From: an uncultured Bacteroidota bacterium
Lineage (GTDB): Bacteria; Bacteroidota; Bacteroidia; Flavobacteriales_F; PHOS-HE28
Assembly (NCBI GenBank): GCA_902826215.1
Contig: CADEDY010000016.1
Coordinates: 3,109 to 67,108, forward strand
Reading direction: 5' to 3'
Length of the DNA stretch: 64,000 nt
The translations under genes were made by a program, and so were the position numbers. Every line of letters starts with the position of its first letter. Position 1 is the stretch's first letter. Shown one piece after another: positions 1 to 10,417 of the stretch. Below the pieces are notes generated by a model, which ran no database searches, was not told the origin of the DNA, and saw only the letters and a list, made by a program, of their open reading frames with translations.

Positions 1-1055
1 ACTTCCTTGTTCTCGATCGCGAGTTTGATGCGGTCGATGGCCTTCGCGGGATCTTGCGGAAAGAGCATCACATCGTTCCCGGCAAGCAGTGCGCGCAGCT
101 CGATCTCACCCGGCTTGTCGGCATTCGCTACGCCCTTCATGTTGAGCGCATCGGTGAAGACCAGTCCACGGAAACCGAGTTCACGTTCGAGAATGCCCGT
201 CACGATCGGCTCGCTGAGCGTGCTCGGCAATCCCTTCGTACTATCCAACGCAGGCACTTCCAAGTGGCCCACCATCATTGCGCTGAGGCCCTCGTCCACC
301 AATCGTTGGAAGGGATAGAGCTCCAGTGAATCCAAACGCGTGCGACTGTGGGCGATCAAGGGCAGTCCGAAATGTGAATCGGTATCGGTATCACCGTGGC
401 CGGGGAAGTGCTTCGCCGTGGCGATCACACCACCTTCTTGCAGGCCACGCATGTAAGCGATGCCTTTGCGTGCTACGAGTTCACGGTCCTCCCCGAAGCT
501 GCGGTCGTTGATCACCGGGTTCGATGGGTTGTTGTTCACATCCACTACCGGACTGAAGCTCACCTGCACGCCGAGGCGTTTCATTTCACGCGCGATCTCC
601 ATGCCCATGGCCTCGATCAGCGTATCGCTGCGCAGAGCACCCAAGGTCATTTGGCGCGGAAAACGGATGGTGCTATCCAGCCGCATGGCCAACCCCCACT
701 CGAGGTCCATGCCGATGAGCAAGGGCGTTTTGGCTACCTGCTGGAAACGGTTGGTGAGCTTGGCCTGCCGGTGCGGACCGCCTTTGAAGAAGATGAGCCC
801 GCCGATGTTGCGATCGCGCACAAGGTCCTCGACACCTTGCTCGTGCTTCGCGTCCTTATCGCTGTAAACGGCCACCATCATCAGCTGGGCGATGCGCTGA
901 TCCAAGGATAGCGAACTGAACACCGAATCGGCCCACGGCGTGGCGGGCTCCAAGAACGGCGGTGATATGCCCTGGACCGCCAAACGGGTCTGGGCGCTGC
1001 TGAAGGAAAGCACGGCGCCGAGCAGCACCGCGATGATGGAATACCTGCGCTTCAT
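1..1055 (-). CDS. Glycoside hydrolase family 3 N-terminal domain protein (NagZ-like beta-N-acetylhexosaminidase). N-terminal 351 aa present; the C-terminus runs off the window start.
   Basis: I translated the reverse strand from ATG at 1055-1053. It gives MKRRYSIIAVLLG... (signal-like) and contains the GH3/NagZ signature KHFPGHGDTDTDSH and GMDLEWG. The frame stays open to position 1. The gene is absent from the ORF track because no stop lies inside the window. Confidence 0.7.
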   Translation of the reverse strand, partial: MKRRYSIIAVLLGAVLSFSSAQTRLAVQGISPPFLEPATPWADSVFSSLSLDQRIAQLMMVAVYSDKDAKHEQGVEDLVRDRNIGGLIFFKGGPHRQAKLTNRFQQVAKTPLLIGMDLEWGLAMRLDSTIRFPRQMTLGALRSDTLIEAMGMEIAREMKRLGVQVSFSPVVDVNNNPSNPVINDRSFGEDRELVARKGIAYMRGLQEGGVIATAKHFPGHGDTDTDSHFGLPLIAHSRTRLDSLELYPFQRLVDEGLSAMMVGHLEVPALDSTKGLPSTLSEPIVTGILERELGFRGLVFTDALNMKGVANADKPGEIELRALLAGNDVMLFPQDPAKAIDRIKLAIENKE

Positions 1056-1207
1056 ATGATCGTGCGAAGCTATCCCCGTGCCAAGGGCGCATCCGGCTGC
1101 AGCGCATGCAGTTGTGAACAGCGGGGATGGGGATAGTGCGCCTAAATGGAACGTCAAGGAACGTGATCCTGATATCCAAGTTGAGAAGATGAGAAAAGTC
1201 GGAGGAC

Positions 1208-1720
1208 TCAATTGAGCACCAGCCGATAGACCATGCGCATGAAACCGCGTGGGTCGGCATGGTCGCGTTCGGTGGCACGCACGAATCCGAGCCGTTCGTA
1301 CAAACGCTGTGCGGCGAGCATGGTCGGTTGGGTCCACAGAACCAATGCCTGCGCACCATCGGCGATGCTGCGCTCGATGCAGGCGTGCACCAGTGCTTGG
1401 CCAACGCCTTGTCCGCGTGCTGCGGTGCTCACGGCGAGCAGCCGGAATTCGCATTCGCCCGGACCTGCCAGTTGCCGCATCGTGCTCTCGGGATGGAGCA
1501 GTAGGGTGAATCCGAGCACCTCCTCATTCTCACCGACCACGATCAGTCCCTGCCCTTCTGGTTCCAGCACGGTTCTTTGCAAGGTGGTATCCGCCCAGGT
1601 GTCGGCGGAATAGCCTTGTCCGACGTATACCGCTCGAAGCAGCGCCAAGGCTTGATGCCAGTCGGCTTCGGATCGGGCAACATGGATGGTATTCGGCATC
1701 GAACGGCGCAGGGCTTCCAA
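1208..1720 (-). CDS. GNAT family N-acetyltransferase
   Basis: 170-aa ORF. The acetyl-CoA binding motif region RGQGVGQALVHACIERS...LGF is present. Start is TTG at 1720 or a downstream ATG (MPNTIHV). Confidence 0.7.
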   Translation of the reverse strand: MEALRRSMPNTIHVARSEADWHQALALLRAVYVGQGYSADTWADTTLQRTVLEPEGQGLIVVGENEEVLGFTLLLHPESTMRQLAGPGECEFRLLAVSTAARGQGVGQALVHACIERSIADGAQALVLWTQPTMLAAQRLYERLGFVRATERDHADPRGFMRMVYRLVLN

Positions 1721-1735
1721 TGATCCCGGGGCTTT

Positions 1736-2926
1736 CTACTCGCTTACCTCTGCGAACTGCTCCGCCACCTGCCTTGGGAGGATCATCAAGCGTTGTCCCA
1801 CCCGCAAGCGCGCACGCTCGGGCAGGCCGTTGAGGTAGCATACCGCCGGAAGGGGCACCTCGTATTCCGCCGCGATGGCGCTGAGGTATTCGCCCTTGGC
1901 CACGGTGTGGAACCGTGTTCCTTTGGGATAGGCCGCATAGCTGTTGCGCTTGGCCCTGAGCACGATGGACTCGCAGAGCAAGTTGCCCGTGGTGAGGTCG
2001 ATGATGTGTGCAGGATCCAAGGGCACACCACGGAAACGCATTTCGAAATGCAGGTGACTGCCCGTGCTGTGTCCACTACTGCCGCCGAGGCCGACGACTT
2101 GACCAGCTTCCACTTCATCGCCCACGGCCACTTTGAAACGGTGCAAGTGCGCGTAGAAAGTTTCCAAACCGTTGTAGTGGCGCACCACCACCAAGCGACC
2201 GAAGCCACCGTAGGTACCGGCAAAGCGCACCACGCCGGGGAAAGTCGACCGCACGGGATCCCACACTTCGAGATCCAGATCGACCCCATTGTGGTTGCGG
2301 CCATCGCGCCAGCCGAAGCGACTGGTGAGGATCGGAGGAACAGGGATGCTGTAATCGCAGTTGAGTTCCCCTTCGATCAGCCGCAATTGAATCGTGCTGT
2401 CCCCCATCGTCGGCAGACCGGTGTAGGCATTGGGGTTGGTGGTATTCCAGGCGCCGTAGAGTTCAACTCCTGGTTCGAAAGGAGAAAGATCCCACGCAAG
2501 CAACCGGCTACCATCCACTTCGGCCTGACTGGGCAATTGATCCACATACAGGTTGATCTCGTTGATCAAGGCATACGGGACGGTTTCCAATTCGAACAGG
2601 GAGTCGATGAGCACCACCATACCGTGCTCGTCCATGGAACGGATGCGTTGAAAAAGGCGCAGGTCGCGGATCAGATCACCAGGCGCCGGATCCAGTGTGC
2701 ACAGGGAATCCAGCATCAGTGCCAACCGTTCGTCGGTGATGGCCTCTTCGGCTTCGATCAGTTTGGAATCGCCGTAGGTGACCAAGGCTTCAACGAACTC
2801 ACCCGATTGAGCTTTGGCCGCGTTGTAGGGGGAGATCAAGAAAAGCGCGAAAAAGAGCACCAGACCCACACAGAACCTGCTGTCGGAAAAGCACCCGGTA
2901 TGGACCTGCATTGCCTTCACTGCCAC
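1736..2926 (-). CDS. M23 family metallopeptidase with C-terminal LysM domain
   Basis: N-terminal signal/TM. M23 motifs HYNGLETFYAHL and GSSGHSTGSHLHFE. The C-terminal LysM-like segment is YTVAKGEYLSAIAAEYEVPLPAVCYLNGL. Confidence 0.8.
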   Translation of the reverse strand: MAVKAMQVHTGCFSDSRFCVGLVLFFALFLISPYNAAKAQSGEFVEALVTYGDSKLIEAEEAITDERLALMLDSLCTLDPAPGDLIRDLRLFQRIRSMDEHGMVVLIDSLFELETVPYALINEINLYVDQLPSQAEVDGSRLLAWDLSPFEPGVELYGAWNTTNPNAYTGLPTMGDSTIQLRLIEGELNCDYSIPVPPILTSRFGWRDGRNHNGVDLDLEVWDPVRSTFPGVVRFAGTYGGFGRLVVVRHYNGLETFYAHLHRFKVAVGDEVEAGQVVGLGGSSGHSTGSHLHFEMRFRGVPLDPAHIIDLTTGNLLCESIVLRAKRNSYAAYPKGTRFHTVAKGEYLSAIAAEYEVPLPAVCYLNGLPERARLRVGQRLMILPRQVAEQFAEVSE

Positions 2927-3085
2927 CTTATTACGTGAAAAAGGGCGGGAAGGTACATTGAACGGGTCCAGTTCGGTTCCATGGACGTTCTAAACGTCAA
3001 GAACAGCGGCAAGTCCCTGAGACTGAACGACCGATGACCCCGAAGTGGCTACGATCGCCAAGGAACCATTCGCGGCGGGCTAACT

Positions 3086-3400
3086 TTGGCGGCGCCCATG
3101 CAAGCCCCAAAGCTTCCAGCCATGTTCAGCCTCTTCCGTCAGCGCGGACCAAGGGGCTTCGACCTGCCCACCAGGTACTACGATGCGGAGAAGGAGCAGC
3201 GCGAGGAAAGGAAGCGCAGCATTCGGGTTCAAGCCAAGAGCGGTTCCGTGGACCATGAACTCTTTCGCGAGCGGCTCCACCATTCGTGGCACAGAGAGCG
3301 GAGTGGATCGGCTCAATTGCAGCGACTGGTCCTCATCATCGGTATGGTGTCGGTGATCCTATTCTTCATCATCAAGGGCTTCGGGCTTGTGCGGTTCTAG
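3086..3400 (+). CDS. Hypothetical small protein with C-terminal TM helix (start uncertain; alternative ATG at 3122)
   Basis: High-GC3 codon usage consistent with the neighbours. C-terminal hydrophobic stretch LVLIIGMVSVILFFIIKGFGL. Lies immediately upstream of mutL, with 3 nt between its stop and the mutL start. Confidence 0.4.
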   Translation: MAAPMQAPKLPAMFSLFRQRGPRGFDLPTRYYDAEKEQREERKRSIRVQAKSGSVDHELFRERLHHSWHRERSGSAQLQRLVLIIGMVSVILFFIIKGFGLVRF

Positions 3401-3403
3401 AGC

Positions 3404-5218
3404 ATGGCCGACCTGATCCGCTTGCTGCCCGACCACGTCGCGAACCAGATCGCAGCCGGTGAGGTGGTGCAACGTCCTGCCAGCGTGGTGAAGGAACTGT
3501 TGGAGAACAGCGTGGACAGCGGTGCTACCCGCATCATCGTGGTGGTGAAGGATGCCGGAAGAACCTTGGTGCAGGTGACCGACGACGGCCATGGGATGAG
3601 TCCGATGGATGCGCGCGCCTGTTTCGAGCGACATGCAACGAGCAAGATCCGGGAGGCCGATGACCTGAGCTCCTTGCGCACCAAAGGCTTCCGTGGTGAG
3701 GCGTTAGCGAGCATCGCCGCCATCGCGCATGTCGAACTGCGCACCCGCGAGACCGATCAAGAGCTGGGCACCCGCGTGGTGATCGAAGGCAGTCGGGTGC
3801 GCACCCAAGAAGCCATGGCAGGCGCAGCGGGCACAACGATCGCCGTCCGCAACCTCTTCTACAACGTACCTGCTCGTCGGCAGTTCCTCAAGAGCGATGG
3901 GGTGGAGTTGAAGCACGTGTTGGAGGAATTCCATCGCGTGGCCTTGGCACATCCCGAGATCGCCTTCCAGTTCGTCCACAACGACCACGAGGAATTCCAT
4001 ATGCCCGCCGGATCGGAGCGGCAACGGATCGTTCACCTCTTCGGCCGCAAGTACGATGAGCGCTTGGTGCCTGTTGAAGAGCACACCGAGTTCTTGGGCG
4101 TCACGGGCTTCGTTGGCAAACCTGAATTCGCCAAACGATCTCGCGGCGAGCAATACTTCTTCGTGAACCGTCGCTTCATCCGCAGCAACTACCTGGATCA
4201 CGCGGTGCGCAAGGCGTACGACGAATTGGTGTCCCGGGAGAACTACCCTTCGTGGTTCCTCTTCCTGGATCTGGATCCCGCGCAGATCGACATCAACATC
4301 CACCCCACCAAAACGGAGATCAAGTTCCGCGATGACCGGACGGTGTATGCCATCGTGCATGCAGCGGTGCGTCGAGCCTTGGGTCGGTTCAACATCGTGC
4401 CCAGTTTGGACTTCGAACCGGAACCCGCCATCCTCGCTGCCTTCTCGGGGCAACAAGCGCAGGCTGCGCCGCCCCGCGAAACCGTCCCTGCTTGGCGTCC
4501 GCAGGACCTCGGCGCATTCAGCGCGCCGCCACGCCAGAGCAGCGAAGGTTGGCAGCAGCTGTTCGATGTGGACAGCCCCGCTCCTACTGTCGCACCGGAG
4601 TTGGAAGGCACACCGTGCATCATGCCCTCACGTGAGCATGAAGGCATGCCCGGTGAACGGCCGGTCTTCCAACTGCACGGCACTTACATCATGGCCCAGT
4701 TGCGCAGCGGCTTCATGGTGGTCGATCAGCAACGTGCACACGAACGCATTCTGTATGAGCGCAACCTGAAGTTGCTCGAACAAGGTGCAGGACTCAGTCA
4801 AACGGAGCTCTTTCCGCGCCACGTGGAATTGAACAGCGGCGACCTGGCCTTGGTACAGGACGTCCTCCCTGAATTGCGCAGCCTGGGTTTCGATCTGGAA
4901 CTCTTCGGCGGGCATACGGTGCAGGTGAACGGCATGCCGGCCGAAGCATCGGACGAAGACCCGACGAAGTTGCTCGAGGATCTGCTCGAACAGTTGAAGA
5001 ACGAGCGCGGCACCTTGCGTCAAGAGCGTCATCACATTCTTGCACGCAGTATGGCGCGCAGCACCGCGATCCGTCCGGGACGTGTGCTCGCCACTGCAGA
5101 GATGCATGACCTGATCGATCGCCTCTTCGCTTGTGCGATGCCCTATACCACGCCCGGTGGTCGGCCTACGCTGATCACCTACGGGCTCGATGAACTGAAC
5201 CAACGATTTGAACGCTGA
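3404..5218 (+). CDS. mutL: DNA mismatch repair protein MutL
   Basis: N-terminal GHKL ATPase motifs (IAAGEVVQRPASVVKELLENSVDSGAT, DDGHGMS), 604 aa, and a conserved C-terminal dimerisation region. Confidence 0.93.
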   Translation: MADLIRLLPDHVANQIAAGEVVQRPASVVKELLENSVDSGATRIIVVVKDAGRTLVQVTDDGHGMSPMDARACFERHATSKIREADDLSSLRTKGFRGEALASIAAIAHVELRTRETDQELGTRVVIEGSRVRTQEAMAGAAGTTIAVRNLFYNVPARRQFLKSDGVELKHVLEEFHRVALAHPEIAFQFVHNDHEEFHMPAGSERQRIVHLFGRKYDERLVPVEEHTEFLGVTGFVGKPEFAKRSRGEQYFFVNRRFIRSNYLDHAVRKAYDELVSRENYPSWFLFLDLDPAQIDINIHPTKTEIKFRDDRTVYAIVHAAVRRALGRFNIVPSLDFEPEPAILAAFSGQQAQAAPPRETVPAWRPQDLGAFSAPPRQSSEGWQQLFDVDSPAPTVAPELEGTPCIMPSREHEGMPGERPVFQLHGTYIMAQLRSGFMVVDQQRAHERILYERNLKLLEQGAGLSQTELFPRHVELNSGDLALVQDVLPELRSLGFDLELFGGHTVQVNGMPAEASDEDPTKLLEDLLEQLKNERGTLRQERHHILARSMARSTAIRPGRVLATAEMHDLIDRLFACAMPYTTPGGRPTLITYGLDELNQRFER

Positions 5219-5982
5219 TGCGAAGTGGAGCGGATCCATTCTCTGGGTTGCCGGTGGTGGTCAAGAACCTATTGATCATCAATGTGATCTTCTATTTGCT
5301 GAAGCTCACGAGCATGGTTCATTTCAATGGCTTGGACATCGATGATCTCTTGGCCTTGCACTACTACAGCTCACCGCTTTTCCGACCGTGGCAATTGGTC
5401 ACGCACATGTTCATGCATGCGGACTTCGGGCACCTCTTCTTCAACATGCTCGCCCTCTTTATGCTGGCTCCGCGGTTGGAGTACAAGTGGGGATCGCAGC
5501 GCTTCTTGACATTCTACATGATCACCGGGGTTGGTGCGGCGGTGCTCTATTCATTGGTACATGTAGTGGAGTATCAAAGGGTGGTGGAGGTCCTTACATC
5601 GAGTGAAATGGCGACGATACGGAATAACGGCTACGACATTCTGAAAGGTGGACAGAACTACGTCAAACCGAACTGGGCCTCCTACAATTCCCTCCAATAC
5701 GGATACATGCTGGGAGCTTCTGGAGCGATCTATGGCGTCCTCTTGGCGTTCGGTATGACTTTCCCGGATGTGGAATTGATGTTCTTCCCGATCTTCATTC
5801 CGATCAAGGCGAAATACTTCGTTGCGATACTGGGAGCAATTGAGGTGTATGGCAGCATTAAAGCGAACCCGGACGATAACGTGGCCCACATCGCCCACCT
5901 CGGAGGGATGTTGGTGAGCTACGTCCTGATACGGCTCTGGCGCGGTCGCGGCGGTGGAAACCAATTCGGGTGGGATCGCTAG
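5218..5982 (+). CDS. Rhomboid family intramembrane serine protease
   Basis: GASGAIYGVLLAFG (catalytic Ser motif) and HIAHLGGMLVSY (catalytic His). Multiple TM helices. Its ATG overlaps the mutL TGA by 1 nt. Confidence 0.85.
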   Translation: MRSGADPFSGLPVVVKNLLIINVIFYLLKLTSMVHFNGLDIDDLLALHYYSSPLFRPWQLVTHMFMHADFGHLFFNMLALFMLAPRLEYKWGSQRFLTFYMITGVGAAVLYSLVHVVEYQRVVEVLTSSEMATIRNNGYDILKGGQNYVKPNWASYNSLQYGYMLGASGAIYGVLLAFGMTFPDVELMFFPIFIPIKAKYFVAILGAIEVYGSIKANPDDNVAHIAHLGGMLVSYVLIRLWRGRGGGNQFGWDR

Positions 5983-6139
5983 TTGCGTGGCGCTGATCTT
6001 CAGAACCTTCTGCTCGATCAACAGCGCTATCGGTGATCCGATCCACGAACGGCTGTGTATGTCGCACTTCAGGAACGAACTTTGTGCCGTACGCAGCTGT
6101 GCCTCCAACGCGTTGAGGTGTAGTAGACGTTGAACTCGC

Positions 6140-7063
6140 ATGGGACTCCAGAACGATCTTCGAATGCAGTGGCGCACCGGCGGTATGGTGGTGCAGCTGA
6201 TCCTGATCAACGTTGCCGTATTCGTTGCGTTGCTTCTGGCCTATTTGGTCCTACTACCCGTCGGTGGCAGCGGCGCAGGGGCGACCTATCTACGGGACGT
6301 GTACGTTGTGCAATGGCTGCGTTCAACCGCTGACCTCGGCCAGTTGGTCACTCGACCCTGGACGGTATTCACCTATATGTTCGTGCACACTGGTCTTGGG
6401 CACATCTTCTGGAACATGATCCTGTTGTGGTTCGGTGGTCGCATGTTCCAGGATCTGTTGGGCGGCAAGCGTTTGCTCGGCAACTACATCCTTGGTGGGC
6501 TCAGCGGTTTCGCCTTGTTCGCACTGGTTCACAACCTGTTGCCCGGCATGCATGGTGGTGCATCCGCTCCGGGTATTCTTGGTGCATCAGCCGGTGTGCT
6601 CAGTGTCTTCATCGGCATAGCAGCTTACCGACCGGATATGGTGGTGCATCTCATCCTCATTGGCCCGGTGAAACTGATGTACGTTGCTGCGGTATTCCTT
6701 CTGCTTGATCTGGTCGGGATCGGCTCGGGCGATGGTGTTGCGCACGAAGCGCATATCGGCGGTGCTTTGTATGGTTTCCTAGCGGCACGTCAACTCGCAA
6801 GTGGTCGAGACTGGTCGCTGAGTTTCGTCAACTTCCTGGAGAAACTCAGCGCACCGTTCCAACGCAAGCGTGGATCCCGTATGCGGGTGGAGAAGAAGTT
6901 CGCACGAAGCACCGTTTCACAAGATGCAGCCTACAACGCCAGCAAACTGGAGAAGCAAGCGCGAGTGGACCACATCCTCGACAAGATCTCACGAAGCGGA
7001 TACGATAGCTTGAGCAAGGAGGAAAAGGATTTCTTGTTCAAGGCGAGTGATGGGAAGGGTTAG
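6140..7063 (+). CDS. Rhomboid family intramembrane serine protease (second paralog, with a C-terminal soluble extension)
   Basis: GASAGVLSVFIG and HEAHIGGALYGF motifs, 6-7 TM helices, and a C-terminal charged tail. Confidence 0.85.
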   Translation: MGLQNDLRMQWRTGGMVVQLILINVAVFVALLLAYLVLLPVGGSGAGATYLRDVYVVQWLRSTADLGQLVTRPWTVFTYMFVHTGLGHIFWNMILLWFGGRMFQDLLGGKRLLGNYILGGLSGFALFALVHNLLPGMHGGASAPGILGASAGVLSVFIGIAAYRPDMVVHLILIGPVKLMYVAAVFLLLDLVGIGSGDGVAHEAHIGGALYGFLAARQLASGRDWSLSFVNFLEKLSAPFQRKRGSRMRVEKKFARSTVSQDAAYNASKLEKQARVDHILDKISRSGYDSLSKEEKDFLFKASDGKG

Positions 7064-7164
7064 TTGTGAAACACGTGCAACGGCTTCGGCGTGCTAGTGG
7101 AGAACAGAGCATGGAACACGATAACCGGCCTTGGAAGACCCACTAGCACAGTTCGATATTCGAA

Positions 7165-8310
7165 ATGTCAGCACCGCAAACCACGAACTCAACGGAAACC
7201 AAGCGCCCCTCGCGTTGGCATCGGCCGTTGTGGTGGCTGAACGTCTTGGCGGCAGTGGTGTTCTTGATCACCTTCCTCGCTCCCAGTGTGAGTCCTGTGA
7301 TCTCCTGGATACCGGCTTTGTTGGCGATGACCTTCGTCTTCCAGTTGGCGGTCCACGTCGGGTTCCTCGTGTGGTGGTTCTTGTTCCGCCGCAAGCGGAT
7401 GTTGCTCTCGGGGGCCTTGTTGGTGCTGGGCTACGGACACGTGAAGGACCATGTGCAGTTCTTCGGCCGCAGTGGACCGGAACAGCCCACCGTGCAGGAA
7501 ATGAAGGTGCTCTCGTACAACGTGCGCCTCTTCGACCTGTACAATTGGAGCCACAACAAGGTGACACGCGACAGCATTTTCGCGTTGCTCCATCGCGAAG
7601 ATGCCGACGTTCTTTGCCTGCAGGAATTCTTCCAGAGCAACGATGCACGGTTCTTCCCCACGCGATCCAGTCTATTGAAGGACTTCCGCTACAATCAGGC
7701 CCACGAGCACTATACCCATGAAGCGCGCTACGATCAGCATTTCGGGATCGCCACGTTCAGCGCGTTCCCGATCGTCAAGAAGGGCTTCATCGACTTTCCG
7801 GGAACCACGAACAATGTGTGCATCTGGTCGGACATCGCCTTGACGAGCGACACGATCCGTGTGTACAATGCGCACCTGGCCTCCTACCACTTCGGCGATG
7901 AGGACTACAAATTCCTTCAGGACCTCGACACCGATACGCACACCGATAGTTTGAAACTGGGCGGCGAGCGGATCCTGAAACGTTTGCGGCGTGGCTTCCG
8001 ATTGCGCGCAGGTGAAGTGGAGAAGATCGCCGAGCACATGCGAAACAGCCCCCATCCGGTGTTGTACTGCGGCGACATGAACGATGTACCGATGAGCTAC
8101 GGCTATGCTGCCTTGCGATCGGTGCTGGAGGACGCCTTCGTGGAAAGTGGAACCGGGTTGGGTGGCACCTACATCGGCAACTTGCCCAGCCTTCGCATCG
8201 ATCACATTCTTCATGGCCCCGAATTGGAGGCCTGGAATTTCCGCACGCTCCCGAATGAGCTGAGCGACCACCGTGCGATCTCTTCGACCATCGGACTTCG
8301 CGCTCCTTGA
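7165..8310 (+). CDS. Endonuclease/exonuclease/phosphatase (EEP) family membrane protein
   Basis: N-terminal TM helices followed by an EEP fold with DVLCLQEF, the terminal SDHRAI motif, and catalytic Asp/His positions. Confidence 0.75.
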   Translation: MSAPQTTNSTETKRPSRWHRPLWWLNVLAAVVFLITFLAPSVSPVISWIPALLAMTFVFQLAVHVGFLVWWFLFRRKRMLLSGALLVLGYGHVKDHVQFFGRSGPEQPTVQEMKVLSYNVRLFDLYNWSHNKVTRDSIFALLHREDADVLCLQEFFQSNDARFFPTRSSLLKDFRYNQAHEHYTHEARYDQHFGIATFSAFPIVKKGFIDFPGTTNNVCIWSDIALTSDTIRVYNAHLASYHFGDEDYKFLQDLDTDTHTDSLKLGGERILKRLRRGFRLRAGEVEKIAEHMRNSPHPVLYCGDMNDVPMSYGYAALRSVLEDAFVESGTGLGGTYIGNLPSLRIDHILHGPELEAWNFRTLPNELSDHRAISSTIGLRAP

Positions 8311-8401
8311 GCCGAGTGGGATCGAACGGTCCGACCCGTAGCGTGTACGGAGCATCACAATAGCAGGCCACGGCTGCCGTTGTGCCAACTCAACCACCTT
8401 C

Positions 8402-9358
8402 ATGCACCACGCACCACTCCTCACGTACCTGTTCCTCGCCTTGTTGTTCTTGATCGGTTGCAGCCGTTCTGCCGAGAGCGCTCAGGACCTGTTCAAGACA
8501 GATGAAAGCGCAGCGAACGGTGATCTCGAATTTCTTTCCAATGGTGAAAGTGCAGGTCTGGCAAGCCCGAGTAAACCCGAAGAGGCCTTGAGTTCGAGCG
8601 CAGCACGCGCCACCGCTGACACATCGCGACGCTTTCTCCGCACAGGGGATCTGCGCTTTCGGGCCAAGGATGTGGTGCGCACCACCTTTGCGATCGAAGA
8701 GTTGATCGCGGGCCACGGCGGCTACGTAGCCGAAACGCGCCTCAGGACCGAGATCGGGCACCGGTACCTCACACTGATAAGTGCCGACAGCTCGTTGGAG
8801 ACCACCAAATTCACGGTGATCAACAGGCTCACTGTTCGTGTGCCGAGTGCAGCACTGGATACCACGCTCAAGAGTTTGATCGCGCATGTGGACTTCTTGG
8901 ATCACCGCACGCTTTCCGCGACGGATGTACGCTTGCAGTTGCTGCGGGACCAGCTCACACGTTCACGAATCGCAATGCATGAGACACGGCTGTCCGACGC
9001 GATCGACGAACATGGCAACAAGCTGAAGGACGCCGTTGCTGCGGAAGAACAACTGCTCGCACGTCAGGAACAAGCCGACGAGGCCGCGCTGCATACCCTG
9101 GATCTCGAAGACCGCATCGCCTACAGCACGTTGACCCTGGACATTTACCAACGTGAACAGATCCGCCGCGAACTGCTTGCCAATGAGCAGAACATCGAAG
9201 TCTACAAGCCCGGCTTCTTTGCGCGAGCAACAGAAGCCTTAGCCGACGGCTGGTCCTTGCTTGTTCAATTCAGCTTGTTCCTGCTGCGGTCGTGGAGCGT
9301 GATCCTGTTGACGGTGCTGGCCTACGTGCTCTTCCGTCGGTTCATCCGTCGTGCGTGA
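8402..9358 (+). CDS. DUF4349-like lipoprotein (signal + lipobox LIGC, central coiled-coil, C-terminal TM anchor)
   Basis: LFLALLFLIGCS lipobox. Long Q/E/R-rich helical middle. C-terminal hydrophobic LLVQFSLFLLRSWSVILLTVLAYVLF. The architecture matches DUF4349, but the family assignment is from memory only. Confidence 0.5.
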   Translation: MHHAPLLTYLFLALLFLIGCSRSAESAQDLFKTDESAANGDLEFLSNGESAGLASPSKPEEALSSSAARATADTSRRFLRTGDLRFRAKDVVRTTFAIEELIAGHGGYVAETRLRTEIGHRYLTLISADSSLETTKFTVINRLTVRVPSAALDTTLKSLIAHVDFLDHRTLSATDVRLQLLRDQLTRSRIAMHETRLSDAIDEHGNKLKDAVAAEEQLLARQEQADEAALHTLDLEDRIAYSTLTLDIYQREQIRRELLANEQNIEVYKPGFFARATEALADGWSLLVQFSLFLLRSWSVILLTVLAYVLFRRFIRRA

Positions 9359-10249
9359 TCACCGATCCGGCTCTGGATCCTCGGGCTTGCGTGCCGCACT
9401 CATCACCGCTTCCACAGCATACCCTTTGGCCCGTAGGCCGGCGATCAAGCCATCGGCATTGGGCAAATGCGCTGCTCCGATCAAGAAGAAAGCGCTTTCG
9501 CCTGTGCGCAGCAGGCTGTCCATGCGATGGACCATGCGCGCATTGCGATCGGTGAGCAAGGACTTCTCCATCTCGGCGGACATGCCCCCGCTCGTTTCCG
9601 CCGCTTTCAACAGGCCTTGCAGATCCTGTGCAGCATAGCGGTCCAGCATGGTCTCCATTTCTTCGGGGTAGCCCTCGTGGTCGATGTGATCAAGCAACAT
9701 GGCGGCCTGCTCCTTCAAGGAGATCACGTCCATGGCCGACAGTTGCTCATCGATCGTCTCTATCCCGATGACCCGTTGGCCGTTCTCCCTTCCCCGTATC
9801 TGCAGGTATTCATCCAGCACATTCGGCCGATCACCTTCCATTGTGGCTTCGGTGAGCATCGCCACGACGAACATCGGTTTCACGCGATAAAGGAGCGGCG
9901 CGGCCATGCCTAGGCGACCTTTCAGGGCCTGATCCACGCGGGTCCAATCCTTCTTCTTGTACAGGTCCTTCAACTCCTTCCCGTCGGGCATCCACATGCG
10001 TTTGATCAGGGCGATGCCTTGCTGATCCGTGTTCAGGTCCAATTCACCGGCCACGATGCGGCACCGATCCATGGCTGGTAGCACGGAATCACCGAACTGA
10101 AAAGCCCGGTCATCCTTGCTGTGCATGGTGCCATAGAGATAACTACTCGCAGCACCATCGGAAGAGATGCGCCACAGGAGTGTGTGCTCCAGCTCTTGCG
10201 AGAGCAGCAACGTAGGAAACAACGAGAAGACGATCAGGAGCCTGCGCAT
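9359..10249 (-). CDS. TraB/GumN family protein
   Basis: Signal peptide and conserved GTMHSKD...FLIGAAHL motifs typical of TraB/GumN. 296 aa. Confidence 0.75.
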   Translation of the reverse strand: MRRLLIVFSLFPTLLLSQELEHTLLWRISSDGAASSYLYGTMHSKDDRAFQFGDSVLPAMDRCRIVAGELDLNTDQQGIALIKRMWMPDGKELKDLYKKKDWTRVDQALKGRLGMAAPLLYRVKPMFVVAMLTEATMEGDRPNVLDEYLQIRGRENGQRVIGIETIDEQLSAMDVISLKEQAAMLLDHIDHEGYPEEMETMLDRYAAQDLQGLLKAAETSGGMSAEMEKSLLTDRNARMVHRMDSLLRTGESAFFLIGAAHLPNADGLIAGLRAKGYAVEAVMSAARKPEDPEPDR

Positions 10250-10417
10250 GTGCGCAAGTTAAAGCGCGCCCGAAGTGCGGATCAACCGGCCACGCGGGCC
10301 AAAGCGAAGGAGACGATCGCCAGCAGGGAAAAGAGCAACATGCTCACACGGATCAAGTTGGCTCGGTCGGCGGGTCGTGTTCGTTCCATGTTCGGGTCCT
10401 GTCGAGTAGTACCAAGA

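Noticed and set aside
3034-3316. Alternative small ORFs 3034-3258 (+) and 3080-3316 (-) upstream of mutL
   Set aside because: They overlap the 3086-3400 ORF, which has better codon usage and a TM helix. None is strongly supported, and only the most plausible is listed at low confidence.
7131-8424. ORFs 7131-7721 (+), 7189-7593 (-), 7268-7648 (-), 7672-8424 (-) and 7787-8371 (-) overlapping the EEP-family gene
   Set aside because: Alternative frames or the antisense strand of 7165-8310, which has a coherent TM plus EEP-domain translation. The others are Arg/Pro-rich with no motifs.
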